DNA of 64,000 nucleotides. Source: an uncultured Gemmatimonadaceae bacterium (GTDB lineage Bacteria > Gemmatimonadota > Gemmatimonadetes > Gemmatimonadales > Gemmatimonadaceae). The notes beneath the pieces were generated by a model. The model was not told the DNA's origin, searched no databases, and was given only the letters and a program-made list of their open reading frames with translations. The position numbers were made by a program, and so were the translations under genes. This document shows positions 29,310 to 39,502 of the stretch, in pieces (position 1 is the stretch's first letter; every line of letters starts with the position of its first letter). The stretch covers positions 128,001 to 192,000 of the forward strand of contig CAWAGQ010000008.1 in NCBI GenBank assembly GCA_963781585.1, given 5' to 3'.

Positions 29310-30221
29310 CTACTCCTCCATCGTCACCGCCTGGTGCCTGACCAACACCAGCATGCTCGCGCCGGCCACGATCGTCACCGCGCCGGCCACCGTCCACACG
29401 GTGAACCGCTCGCCGAAGAGCAGCACCGCCCACGCTACCGCGAACACGATCTGCAGATATCCAGTCGTAGTTGCCCGCGCGGTGCGCTCGATCTGCAGCC
29501 CGCGCGTCATGTACATCTGGGCCAGCTGCGTCGCACACCCCGCCCCGATCAAGAGCGCCCACTCCGCCACGCCGGGCATCCGCCAGTGCAATGCCACGAA
29601 CGGCAGCGCCATCGGGATCTGCACCAGCGGCAGGTAGAAGACCACCACCATGGGGTGCTCGACCTCGAGCCGGCGAATGGTGGCGTAGGCGGCGCCGCTG
29701 CAGGCCGCGCCCATGAGCGCGATCCCCGCCCAGGCCGGCGGAATGTCGCTCGAGGCGCCGCCGAACAGCAGCGCGGGCCGGGTGATGAGCAGCACCCCCA
29801 CCAGAGACGCCCCCAGTGCCAGCAGCTCGCGCGTTCCGACGTGCTCGTGATACCAGAGCGACGCCAGGATGATCGCGAACACCGGATTGGTGTACTGGAT
29901 CAGCGTTGCCTCGCCTAACGGGAGATGGGTGAGCGAGAAGATGAAGCAGGCCAGCGCCAGCGACCCCCAGATGCCCCGCAGGATCAGCAGCCGCCGCTGG
30001 ACGCCGAAGATCGCCCGTCCCCGCACCCCCCGGCGTCGCAGCACCAGGTAGCTCAGGCCGAGCGTCACCAGACCGCGATACAGGACGATGTCCATGCTCG
30101 GCACGGTCCGGCCGGCGAGCTTCACCAGCACACTCATCACGCTGAACCAGAACGCGCCGATCGCCATGAAGCGGATCCCCGACGGGACGTCGGCCACCGC
30201 GTGGGTGATGGTGCGCGTCAT
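29310..30221 (-). CDS. DMT/EamA-family transporter
   Basis: Two EamA halves, LPLGEAT.I.YT.P, LFGE; GGAGG RBS before ATG 30221. Confidence 0.9.
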   Translation of the reverse strand: MTRTITHAVADVPSGIRFMAIGAFWFSVMSVLVKLAGRTVPSMDIVLYRGLVTLGLSYLVLRRRGVRGRAIFGVQRRLLILRGIWGSLALACFIFSLTHLPLGEATLIQYTNPVFAIILASLWYHEHVGTRELLALGASLVGVLLITRPALLFGGASSDIPPAWAGIALMGAACSGAAYATIRRLEVEHPMVVVFYLPLVQIPMALPFVALHWRMPGVAEWALLIGAGCATQLAQMYMTRGLQIERTARATTTGYLQIVFAVAWAVLLFGERFTVWTVAGAVTIVAGASMLVLVRHQAVTMEE

Positions 30222-30439
30222 CGCCTCCAGCGGCGCCACCAGCAACGTTACGCGACCCACCACCGGCCGGTCGCGGCGCGCGCCGTCAGCGTCGCCGTCG
30301 GGGATGTCCGATGCAGGGTCAGTCATTCAGGCAGGCTTGGCTTCGCGCAACCGGTCATCGGCGCGAACAAGCCGGGGCTGGCCCGGGAACCACCGACCGC
30401 GTCGCATCCGCGCGCCCTTGCCGCCCCACGCAACCTTCG

Positions 30440-32485
30440 TCAGGCATTCGGCCGCTGCTCGCCCGCCTCAGCCGACGCGGCCATCACGCCGTTCGCCGGG
30501 GTCGGGGCCGCGCTCCGCAGCCGCGCCGCCGCGGTCTCCAGCGACCGCGGCTCACCCACCAGCACTACCTCGTCGCGCGGCTGCAGTCGGGTATCGTCAT
30601 CCACGTCGTAATGCACGACCCCGTCCCGGATGATCGCCACCGCACTCACCCCCGCCGGGCGGCGCAGCTCAAGCGCACCGAGCGATCCGCCCGCGGCCTG
30701 TGTGCCGGCGGCGACCGGCACCGTCTTCAGTTCCACGCGTGAGGCGAACGGTGACAGGAAGCCGTCCACCCTGGTGAAGTTGGTCCCCCGCTCGCGCAGC
30801 AGCTCGTAGTGATGGCGCCGGGCCTCTTCGGCCTGCTCGCGAATGCTGCTCTCGGGGATGCTGAACCGGCGCATCACGCGGGCGAAGATCTCGAGCGACG
30901 TCTCGAATTCCTCCGGCACCACCTCGTTCGCCCCAAGAGTGTACAGTTCCTCGATGTCGGCCACATACCGAGTGCGGGCCACGATGTGGACGCGCGGGTT
31001 GAGGTGCCGGGCCACCACGATCCCGCGCTTCTCGTCCTGGTGGGAGGCGATGGCGAACACCAGCACCCGTGCCCGGCGGATGCCCACCCGCTCCAGCATT
31101 TCACCCCGCGTGCCGTCGCCGAAGAAGATCGGCTCGCGGTCGAGGCGCGCCTGCCGCACCACCTGCCCGTTCGACTCGATCACCGCGTACGAGATCCCTG
31201 CGCTGCGCAGCGCTCGCGTCAGGTTCCGCCCGTTGAGCCCGTATCCGATGATCAGCACGTGGTCCTGCAGCGGACTGGCCGCCTGCACCTCCCGGGTGGC
31301 GAACTCCATGGTCGGCAGCCGCCGGAACGACAGCAGCCACTCGGCGATCGCGGGCGCGGCATCCACCAGGAACGGCGCGGCGAGCATGGTCACGACGGCG
31401 GCGCCGAGGAAGACCTGGTACTCCTCGCTCCCCATGAGGCCCAGCGTGAGGGCCACGGAGGCCAGGACGAACGAGAACTCGCCCACCTGCGCTACTCCCA
31501 GTCCGGCGATCAGCCCCACCCGCGACGACCGGCGCACGCCCCGCACGACGCCGTAGCCGGCGGCTGCCTTGAGCACCACCACGCCTGACGCCACTCCGGT
31601 CACCAGCAGTGCATGCGACGCGAAGAAGCGGACGTCGAGCAACATTCCCACCGATGTGAAGAAGATCCCGCTGAAGGTGTCGCGGAACGGAAGGACGTCG
31701 GACAGCGCCTGGAGGCCGTACTCCGACTCGGCGATGATCAGCCCCGCCAGGAACGCGCCGAGGGCGAGTGAAAGCCCGAACAGGGAGGTCAGGAACGCCG
31801 CGCCCAGTCCGATGCCGAGCACGCACAGCGTGAAGATCTCCTGATTGCGCAGCGTCGCCACGCGTTCCAGCGCCTTCGGGACCAGCACCCGGCCGGCCAG
31901 GACCATGCCGCCGGTGACGGCGATGGTCACCGCGACCGCCCGCACCACCGCGAACCAGCCCTGCTGGGTCCCGGCCAGGAGCGGGAGGAGCACCATCAGC
32001 GGCACCACACACAGATCCTGGAAAAGCAGGATCGCCACCACCACGCGGCCGTGCGTGGAGTCCAGCTCGCCGCGGTCGGCGTAGATCTTGAGGACGATCG
32101 CCGTGGACGACAGGGCGATCAACGCCCCCCAGAGCACCGCGTGATTCACCGGCTCGTGCACCGCCACCGCCACCAGCGCGACGATCAGGATGGTGGCGCC
32201 CATCTGGATCGCGCCGCCGCGCAGCACATACTTGCCCAGCCTGACGATGCGCGAGAGGGACAGCTCCAGACCGACCGCGAACAACAGCAGTACTGCTCCG
32301 ACCTGCGCGAGCTCGTCTACCGTCTGGAGGTCCCGGATCAGTCCCAGCGCGTGCGGTCCGATCACGATGCCGGTGAGCAGGAAGCCCACCAGCGTCGGGA
32401 CCTTCAGCCGATGCGCGACGATGACGACCGGAATCGCGACCGCGACCAGGATGACGAGGTCGCGGAGGAGGGGGATCTGCTCCAT
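30440..32485 (-). CDS. CPA2 cation:proton antiporter (Kef-like) with TrkA-N and TrkA-C domains
   Basis: LSSTAIV, LLFQDL, AQVGEFSFV, IIGYGLNG, V.EEFETS. Confidence 0.92.
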   Translation of the reverse strand: MEQIPLLRDLVILVAVAIPVVIVAHRLKVPTLVGFLLTGIVIGPHALGLIRDLQTVDELAQVGAVLLLFAVGLELSLSRIVRLGKYVLRGGAIQMGATILIVALVAVAVHEPVNHAVLWGALIALSSTAIVLKIYADRGELDSTHGRVVVAILLFQDLCVVPLMVLLPLLAGTQQGWFAVVRAVAVTIAVTGGMVLAGRVLVPKALERVATLRNQEIFTLCVLGIGLGAAFLTSLFGLSLALGAFLAGLIIAESEYGLQALSDVLPFRDTFSGIFFTSVGMLLDVRFFASHALLVTGVASGVVVLKAAAGYGVVRGVRRSSRVGLIAGLGVAQVGEFSFVLASVALTLGLMGSEEYQVFLGAAVVTMLAAPFLVDAAPAIAEWLLSFRRLPTMEFATREVQAASPLQDHVLIIGYGLNGRNLTRALRSAGISYAVIESNGQVVRQARLDREPIFFGDGTRGEMLERVGIRRARVLVFAIASHQDEKRGIVVARHLNPRVHIVARTRYVADIEELYTLGANEVVPEEFETSLEIFARVMRRFSIPESSIREQAEEARRHHYELLRERGTNFTRVDGFLSPFASRVELKTVPVAAGTQAAGGSLGALELRRPAGVSAVAIIRDGVVHYDVDDDTRLQPRDEVVLVGEPRSLETAAARLRSAAPTPANGVMAASAEAGEQRPNA

Positions 32486-32491
32486 GCGGGA

Positions 32492-32628
32492 AAGCTATCA
32501 GCGGACAGGCCGACAGCTAACAAGTAGAGCGGGCAGCTACCAGCGACAGACCGTCAGCTGACAAATAGAGCGGTCAGCCGCCAGCGGTCAGCAGTCCGGG
32601 GTTGCCGAGTGCTGACCGCTGATCGCTG
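32492..32628. repeat. Degenerate CAGCGGT-type heptamer repeats ending in a 12-bp hairpin
   Basis: cagcggtcagca (32582-32593) is the reverse complement of tgctgaccgctg (32610-32621). Confidence 0.7.
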
Positions 32629-32702
32629 CCAAACCGTCCGCCCCGGCCCCCGTTGCGGGAACCGGGGCGGCGAAGACCCCGAACGACGACCCGAGCCGGC
32701 GA

Positions 32703-33245
32703 CTACGACGCCAGCAGCTTCCGAATCTCCGGAACCCGGTTCCGGAAATTCCTCGAGAGCGTCAGGCGCTCGCCGTTCCGCGTGATGATCGTGAAATCGC
32801 CGGTGCGGCGCGAATGCAGCTCGCGCACCACGTCGACGTTCACGATCACCGAACGATGGATCCGCACGAAGCGGCTCGGATCGAGGCGCGCTTCGAACGA
32901 CGTCAGTGTCCCCCGTACCGTGTGCACGGAATCGGCGCCGACTCCGCCGGTCACCGCCTCGCGCAGATGAAAGCGCACGTAGTTCCCGTACGCTTCCAGC
33001 CAGGCGACCTCACTGGTGTCGAGAAACAGGATCCGGTTGCGCGAGCGGACCGCGATCCGCTCGAGGGGCGCGCCTCCCCGCTCCGCGGGGGAAGGCTCGG
33101 GCATCGCCGCGAGCGCGGCACCCCGTCCATTGGGCTCGTTCACCAGCGAGAGCGGCATCCGGACGTCGTAATCGCCCGTGACTGTCGCTATCCCACCGGC
33201 CCTCAAATACGGAGCTCCAGATATCGACCGACCATTCAGGCTCAT
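32703..33245 (-). CDS. Stand-alone LytTR DNA-binding domain protein (no receiver)
   Basis: WLEA.GNYV..H, LDP..FVRIHRS.IVN, G..L.LSR; AGGAGG RBS. Confidence 0.88.
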   Translation of the reverse strand: MSLNGRSISGAPYLRAGGIATVTGDYDVRMPLSLVNEPNGRGAALAAMPEPSPAERGGAPLERIAVRSRNRILFLDTSEVAWLEAYGNYVRFHLREAVTGGVGADSVHTVRGTLTSFEARLDPSRFVRIHRSVIVNVDVVRELHSRRTGDFTIITRNGERLTLSRNFRNRVPEIRKLLAS

Positions 33246-33541
33246 GAGTCCTCCTAACGAGTAGTGGGGTGCGACGTAGCGGAACGGGCTGTCCCATTCC
33301 GGTGGTGTACCCTCCCGGCACGGACGCGGGTCCGAGGCCGGTGAGGGCAAAGAGAGGATGTATGCGCGGTTGAAAAGTCATGGGCGAACGGTTCGACCCA
33401 TTCACGATAATTCCAATCAGTCGCATGGAGAGCGCCGGGGGGGGAGGGCGCGCACCATCACAACCATCGGACGGACTCGGCTGGGGCGAAACGACGCACC
33501 CCTCCTTCGGCACCGAAACCTGCTGCCGAAGACTGTGCAAT

Positions 33542-36500
33542 CTATCGCAAAATGTCCACCAGCTGACGCTCGGCCGCCGCCAGCGCTGCCCGCACCTGGC
33601 CCACCTGCGCCCGCTGGGTACTGGTCGGAGGATACAGGCTGCCTTGCTGCTCACCACTCCCGTTGAAGGCGTTGGCAATGCCGCCGAGCCGCCCCGCGGC
33701 GCCGCCGCGTCCACCGGCCACTTCGCGCGCGACACTCGTTAGGCGCTGGAGCATCGAGTCGGCGGCGGCCCGCTCAGCGCTCCCCTCGGCCGCCGCGTCG
33801 CGGCGCGCTGCCGCGTCGCGGGTCGCGGTCGCCACCCGCCGGCTGAACGCCTGCAGCCGCTGCTGCAGCGCGGCAACATCCATCAGGAATGTCTCCCGTT
33901 CCTTGTACTGCTGCAGCGTGAGCGGCAGCAGCGGATCGGGCCCGACCCGCACCGATGTGCGCGCCTGCGCTCCTTCGGCCGTCACCGTGACGGTGTACGT
34001 CCCCGGCGAAACGAACGGTCCGCGGGGACCGATGTCGTGCGGCAGCGCCGCGCGCTGCTCTGCTGCCAGACGTGCTGCTTCCGGATCGACCGCCCCGCGC
34101 CCGCCACCGCCCCCGCCCCCACCACCCCCACGTCCACCCCGGCCACCTCGACCACCACGTCCTCCTCCCACCTCGATATCGGCACCAGCCGCTCCACCCG
34201 TCTCTTCTGCCGCAACGAATCCACCGCTGAATCCCGCCGCAGCCGGCGGCTCATGACGCAGATCCCAGTTCACCCGGAGGAGCGTTCCCCCCACCCCCGG
34301 ACCGGTCAGCGTGCGCACCGACTGGCCATTGGCGTCGCTGATTGCTACCGAAACCGACTTCGCCGGCTCCTTGAGTACGTAGGTGATCAGCGCTCCCTCG
34401 GCCGGATTCTCGGCAGCGTACTCGCCCTGCCCCCAGTTGGAGTAGTCCGCCCAGTACTGCATGAGCGTGGCGGCACGCACCGGAAACAGGTGCACCCGTT
34501 CCGCGGCGACTGACGGGGTCCACGCCGCGAGCGGACTCGCGTCATCGAGGATCCAGATGCTTCGCCCGTGCGTCCCCAGGATCAGGTCCTTGGTGCGTGG
34601 ATGCACCAGGATGTCATCGTAGCGCGTGGTGGGCAGGTTGGCCGCGAGCTTCGACCACGACCGCGCCGTGTCGGTCGACAGGTACAGGCCGAACTCCGTG
34701 CCGGCGAACACCACCCGCGGCTGGCCCGGGTATTCGCGAACCGAACGTACCGACTGCGCCTCGGGCAGCCCCGCAACGACTTTCTTCCAGGTGCGCCCGA
34801 AGTCGGTGGTGCGGAAGATGTACGGTGCGAAGTCGCCCGACCGATGCCCATCGAACGACGCGTACGCCACGCCGCGACCGGCCGACGAACCCGCCACGCG
34901 GCTCAGGCTCGTCCCGTCAGGCACACCGCTCACGTTGTGCGAGACCTCGGTCCAGGTCGCTCCGCCGTCGCGCGACACCTGCACGTTGCCGTCATCGGTG
35001 CCCACCCACACGATCTGCCCATCCAGCGGAGACTCGGCGATCGTCGTGATCTCGCTGAACGACGATTCCCCGTCGTTCTTCGACAGCATCGCCTCGCGAC
35101 CGGACACCCCCATGATGCTGAGCGTATCGCGATTCACGCGCCGCGTAAGGTCCTTCGTTGGCGTCCAGCTGGAACCGTGGTCGTGTGAGATGAACAACCG
35201 GTTGCCACCCGCATACACCACGCCTTTGGTGTGGCGTGAGGCGAGGATCGGCGCCGCCCAGTCGAATCGATAGGCCGAGTCTCCGATCGCCGGCGTCGGC
35301 TTGATGTCGAGACGATCGCCGGTCTCGATGTCGACGCGCTGGAGATTCTGCTCGTCGCTGTTGCTGTACACCCACCGCGGCATGAACGGATCGGGCTGCT
35401 GATAGACGCCGTCGCTGAATCCGATCTGCTTCCAATCGGTGTTCACGATGCCGAGCCAGTGCCGGGTGGCGCTGGGTCCCATCCACGAGTGGTTGTCCTG
35501 CATGCCGCCGTACACCCAGTATGGATCCCGGTCGTCGGCGCCGATCGCGTAGAACTGGCCGATCGGAATGTTGTTCAGGCGGATGAAGCTGTTGGCGGCA
35601 TCCCACGACTCGAACAGTCCACCATCGCCTCCGAGATAGAGATGCTGCGGGTTCGTCGGATCGATCCACAGCGCGTGGTGATCGGTCTTGAGCCCCACGT
35701 CGTAGGTGGGCTGGGTCGGCGAATTCCGGAACGTGCGGCCGCCATCGTCGCTGATCTGGACGCCATTACCGAGGATGTAGACGCGCGCATCGTTGGTTGG
35801 GTCGATGTAGATCGCGCTGTAGTACATCGGCCGGGGATTGACCCGGCTCACGCGTGTCCAGCTCTCACCTCCGTTGTCGGTGCGATACGTGCCCGTCTCG
35901 GTGGCGTGCTCGATGGTGGCGAGGATGTAGTTGCTGTTGGTCGCCGACATCGCGAGGCCGATGCGACCCAGGGCACCCGCCGGAATCCCGTTGGTGAGAC
36001 GGTGCCAGGTGGTGCCCCCGTCGGTGGTCTTGTAGATCCCGCTTCCCGGTCCGCCGCCGTTGAATCCCCACGGCGTGCGCAACCTTTGATATGTGGCAGC
36101 GACGAGCGAGTTGGGATTGTTGGGGTCCATCACCAGGTCGGTCACCCCGGTGAGCGTGTCGACGAACAGGGATTTCGTCCACGTGCGTCCGCCGTCGGTG
36201 GTCTTGAAGACACCGCGTTCCGCACTCGGCTTCCAGAGATTCCCGAGCGCCGCGACGTACGCGACGTTGGGATCGGATGGGTGGAGCCGGATCCGCCCGA
36301 TCGCGCGGGTCTGTTCCAGGCCGACATGCGTCCAGGTAGCGCCGCCGTCGGTGGAGCGGTAGACGCCATCACCCCACGACGAGCTCTGTCGATTGTTCTG
36401 CTCGCCCGTTCCGACCCAGACGACGTTCGGATCGTGAGCAAAGATCGCCACGACTCCGAACGTGGCCGTTCCCTCATGATCGAAGACGGGGGTCCAGGTG

Positions 36501-36730
36501 GTTGCCTTGTTGGTCGACTTCCACAGTCCGCCTGACGCCGCGGCGATGTAGACGGTCGATGGGTCCCTCGGGAGCGCTTCGATGTCGTGGATGCGCCCGC
36601 CGAGCGCCGCGGGTCCAATGGATCGGAAGTGAAGGGAGTCGAAAGGCGATTGCGCGCCGACCGGGCGAGTGCCGGCCAGGCAGACACTCAGCGCGAGTGT
36701 CGAGCGGAGGCGAAAGGTGGCAGGACTCAT
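33542..36730 (-). CDS. Secreted VPS10/sortilin-like BNR-repeat protein (annotated 'glycosyl hydrolase' family)
   Basis: RSIGPA..GGRI, multiple S.DGG.TW Asp-boxes, GG.QDN, THGR.IWILDD. Confidence 0.9.
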   Translation of the reverse strand: MSPATFRLRSTLALSVCLAGTRPVGAQSPFDSLHFRSIGPAALGGRIHDIEALPRDPSTVYIAAASGGLWKSTNKATTWTPVFDHEGTATFGVVAIFAHDPNVVWVGTGEQNNRQSSSWGDGVYRSTDGGATWTHVGLEQTRAIGRIRLHPSDPNVAYVAALGNLWKPSAERGVFKTTDGGRTWTKSLFVDTLTGVTDLVMDPNNPNSLVAATYQRLRTPWGFNGGGPGSGIYKTTDGGTTWHRLTNGIPAGALGRIGLAMSATNSNYILATIEHATETGTYRTDNGGESWTRVSRVNPRPMYYSAIYIDPTNDARVYILGNGVQISDDGGRTFRNSPTQPTYDVGLKTDHHALWIDPTNPQHLYLGGDGGLFESWDAANSFIRLNNIPIGQFYAIGADDRDPYWVYGGMQDNHSWMGPSATRHWLGIVNTDWKQIGFSDGVYQQPDPFMPRWVYSNSDEQNLQRVDIETGDRLDIKPTPAIGDSAYRFDWAAPILASRHTKGVVYAGGNRLFISHDHGSSWTPTKDLTRRVNRDTLSIMGVSGREAMLSKNDGESSFSEITTIAESPLDGQIVWVGTDDGNVQVSRDGGATWTEVSHNVSGVPDGTSLSRVAGSSAGRGVAYASFDGHRSGDFAPYIFRTTDFGRTWKKVVAGLPEAQSVRSVREYPGQPRVVFAGTEFGLYLSTDTARSWSKLAANLPTTRYDDILVHPRTKDLILGTHGRSIWILDDASPLAAWTPSVAAERVHLFPVRAATLMQYWADYSNWGQGEYAAENPAEGALITYVLKEPAKSVSVAISDANGQSVRTLTGPGVGGTLLRVNWDLRHEPPAAAGFSGGFVAAEETGGAAGADIEVGGGRGGRGGRGGRGGGGGGGGGGRGAVDPEAARLAAEQRAALPHDIGPRGPFVSPGTYTVTVTAEGAQARTSVRVGPDPLLPLTLQQYKERETFLMDVAALQQRLQAFSRRVATATRDAAARRDAAAEGSAERAAADSMLQRLTSVAREVAGGRGGAAGRLGGIANAFNGSGEQQGSLYPPTSTQRAQVGQVRAALAAAERQLVDILR

Positions 36731-36831
36731 CTGTGCGAGTGGAGAAGGAGGGGTGGGGTCCTTGACGCTCGACGACGTGTCGGGGGGAGGCGGGGGCGAT
36801 AGTGCCGGAGATAGCACGAAAAGAGGCCGGA

Positions 36832-36910
36832 GGCCATAGGGCATGGGCCATAGGCCGAAAAGGCCAAAGGCCAAAGGCCAAAGGCCAAAGGCCAAAGGCC
36901 AAAGGCCAAT
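36832..36910. repeat. GGCCAAA tandem repeat (6 perfect units plus degenerate ones) starting at the nhaA stop codon
   Basis: ggccaaa x6 at 36862-36903. Confidence 0.95.
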
Positions 36911-38259
36911 CAAGGTGCGATCGTCGAAGCCGCGCGCCTCACCAGCCACCATCCGACCACGCCGGCGATGGACGAGGCCACAATGACGCCCGCCTTGGCG
37001 GCATCGAGCATCCGGCCCTCGCCAAAGGCAAGGTCGGCCACGAACAGCGACATGGTGAATCCGATGCCGCCCAGCCAGGCCGCGCCGTGCAGCATCGACC
37101 AGCTCACCCGCTCGGGCAGACGGGCCAGACCGGTGCGCAGCGCCAGCCAGCTGACGGTCAGGATGCCAAGCGGCTTGCCCACCACCAGGCCCAGTCCCGC
37201 GCCTAACGTGACCTGGCTGGTGACAAACTCGCCCGCCCCGGTCAGGGCCACACCGGCGTTAGCGACCGCGAACAGCGGCATGATTCCGTACGACACCACG
37301 CCGTGCAGCGCGTGCTCGAGGCGCAGCAGCGACCCCTGCACGCTCTCGCTGGCGATGCGCAGCGCGTGGATGGCTTCCTGTTGGCCCTTGCTGCTGAGCA
37401 CCAGCAGATCTCCCGTCTCGGAGCGATCGAACCCGTCCATCAGGCGCCGCACTCGCGTCGAGAATTCCGCCGCGTTGATCTCGGTGCGGGTGGGGATGGT
37501 GAGGGCGAGCAGCACACCGGCGATCGTGGCGTGCACGCCCGAGGACAGCAGGGCCAGCCAGAGCCCGACTCCCACCAGCAGGTAGGGGCCCAGCTGGCGC
37601 ACGCCGAAGACATTGAGCAGCACGAGGACGGCCAGCGCCAAGGCGGCAGCGGCGAGCGACAGCCAGTGGATGGCGGCGGTGTAGAAGATCGCGATCACCA
37701 GGACGGCGCCCATGTCGTCCACGATCGCCAGCGCGGTGAGGAAGACCTTGAGGCCCACCGGCACCCGCGCGCCGAGGATGGCCAGGACGCCGAGGGCAAA
37801 GGCGATGTCAGTGGCCATCGGGATGCCCCACCCCGCCGCGCCTGCGCCCCGCGCGTTCACCAGCGCGTACACCAGTGCCGGAACCACCATCCCGCCTAAC
37901 GCGGCGGCGATCGGCAGGGCCGCCTGGCGCGGAGAAGACAGCTCGCCGACCAGGAGTTCGCGCTTGATCTCGAGCCCCATCAGCAGGAAGAAGAGGGACA
38001 TCAGGCCGTCGTTGATCCAGTGTCGGAGGGTGCCGGTGAACGGGTCCCGTACCAGTCCGATCGCGAGCTCAGCATGCCAGACGCGGAAGTAGCTGTCGCG
38101 CCACGGCGAGTTCGCCCAGGCCAGGGCCAGCGCGGTACACACGAGCAGCAGGACGCCGCTGGTGGCACCGACCCGCGTGAATTCCTGGAACGGACGCAGG
38201 GCGTTCACCAGCAGACGCGCCGGGATGCGGGCCGCGGACCTTTTGCTCGGCTCGGTCAT
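36910..38259 (-). CDS. nhaA: Na+/H+ antiporter NhaA
   Basis: WINDGLM.LFF..GLEIKRE, GWGIPMATDIAFA, LAIVDD, GVHAT.AG, GIGFTMSLF. Confidence 0.97.
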   Translation of the reverse strand: MTEPSKRSAARIPARLLVNALRPFQEFTRVGATSGVLLLVCTALALAWANSPWRDSYFRVWHAELAIGLVRDPFTGTLRHWINDGLMSLFFLLMGLEIKRELLVGELSSPRQAALPIAAALGGMVVPALVYALVNARGAGAAGWGIPMATDIAFALGVLAILGARVPVGLKVFLTALAIVDDMGAVLVIAIFYTAAIHWLSLAAAALALAVLVLLNVFGVRQLGPYLLVGVGLWLALLSSGVHATIAGVLLALTIPTRTEINAAEFSTRVRRLMDGFDRSETGDLLVLSSKGQQEAIHALRIASESVQGSLLRLEHALHGVVSYGIMPLFAVANAGVALTGAGEFVTSQVTLGAGLGLVVGKPLGILTVSWLALRTGLARLPERVSWSMLHGAAWLGGIGFTMSLFVADLAFGEGRMLDAAKAGVIVASSIAGVVGWWLVRRAASTIAP

Positions 38260-38294
38260 TCCGGCAACCTATCGCGCCAGCGCCCGAAATTGGC

Positions 38295-38355
38295 GCCCGA
38301 AATTGGGGTCAGACTCGAGTTACCGCACAATTCGAGTCTGACCCCAATTTCGGGC
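38295..38355. repeat. REP-like 24-bp perfect inverted repeat
   Basis: gcccgaaattggggtcagactcga / tcgagtctgaccccaatttcgggc with a 13-nt loop. Confidence 0.9.
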
Positions 38356-38415
38356 CAGTTTCGCCGGCTCTCGCTCTCGCCGGCTGATCGAACGTCACTG
38401 TGCCGGGTGCCGGCG

Positions 38416-38952
38416 CTAGTGCCTGTCCGGCGCTCCCTTGGACGACTTCGCGCTCGATGCCGCCTGACGATTGGCGGTCAGGAAGTTGAGGTCGAAGACG
38501 TCTCCCTGATACATGGCCTTCTCGCTCGAGGGGGTGCCACCGAACCACCGGATCAACGCCACCTCGAACTCCCGCGACGGATGGTCGTGGGGCAGCTTGG
38601 GCATCTCGCGCAGACCACTGCGGGAAAGGGTAGGGAGCAGCACGATGTCATCCTTGGCATCGATGCGGGCCCTCCCCACGGGCACCAGCACGTCCCACGC
38701 CACGGTCACGTCGGGGCCAACGGCTTGGGGATCGATCTTCACGTCGAGGTAGCGCAGTTCGTGCGCCGAGCAGTCCATGAACAGGCGGTCGACTTTCCCG
38801 ATCTCCGTCCCGTCACTGGACCGGACCCTCCAACCACGCACGTCAGGCGCGTCGTGCAGCTGGACGTCCTTCATTTCGCGGAGGGGGGCCACATTGGATG
38901 ACGAAGATGATTCGGATCCCGGGGTGTTCGGCGTTCGCGCGTTCTGGGTCAT
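38416..38952 (-). CDS. PRC-barrel domain protein
   Basis: PDVRGW.V.SSDG..IGKV..L.D....RYLDV, VLVPVG.A; AAGGAG RBS. Confidence 0.85.
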   Translation of the reverse strand: MTQNARTPNTPGSESSSSSNVAPLREMKDVQLHDAPDVRGWRVRSSDGTEIGKVDRLFMDCSAHELRYLDVKIDPQAVGPDVTVAWDVLVPVGRARIDAKDDIVLLPTLSRSGLREMPKLPHDHPSREFEVALIRWFGGTPSSEKAMYQGDVFDLNFLTANRQAASSAKSSKGAPDRH

Positions 38953-39000
38953 CGCGGATCTCCTTTTGGCAAGGGAATAGGCCAAAGGCCATAGGCCTTA

Positions 39001-39220
39001 CGTGCGATGGCGCGTTCCGCGGCCAGCTGACCGACGGCAACCGTCGTCGACGCGCTACCTCGCGGATTCCACCACGCGCGCACTCAAGACAGGGTGCGCG
39101 AAGCCAAGGGGTGCTGCCGCGGACCTTCTCTGCCTTCGTCTGGAGACATCAGCGCACTGCTGCAGAGAAGCGACCGCGATTCGCGGGGAGCGCTGCGACC
39201 AGGGCTCGGACCATCGCACG
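39001..39220 (-). ncRNA. Candidate structured RNA or long 5' leader (unassigned family)
   Basis: 10-bp terminal inverted repeat cgtgcgatgg/ccatcgcacg enclosing several internal stems; begins just after a sigma70-like promoter. Confidence 0.5.
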
Positions 39221-39236
39221 AACGGGGTCTACTCGC

Positions 39237-39265
39237 ACAGTACCGCGACGGGACATCATTGTCAA
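39237..39265 (-). promoter_or_regulatory. Sigma70-type promoter
   Basis: Minus strand TTGACA-17 nt-TACTGT. Confidence 0.7.
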
Positions 39266-39502
39266 CACATTCACCAACAATGAGTTAGCGTACCATTGAC
39301 GCCGCCGGCACGCGAGCGGATGAGCTGGGTGTGAATATGCGGCCGCGAGTGTGCCCGCCTGGCTGGCTCGCGCCATGTTCGCGACGCAGCTCGGCGGCGA
39401 CCTGGTCCAATCGCATCGATCTTGATGATCCGTGATCCCACCGATAACGTCGCCTTGCACGTTGCACCCCGGATCCCGTTGAATTCTGCCGGAGGCCTCT
39501 GC

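Noticed and set aside
38295..38355. IS terminal inverted repeats or attC site
   Set aside because: No transposase or integrase, the arms are only 13 nt apart, and attC core sites are not evident; treated as REP-like
38416..38952. Photosynthetic reaction-centre H subunit (puhA)
   Set aside because: Only a PRC-barrel domain; no TM helix and no photosynthesis genes nearby
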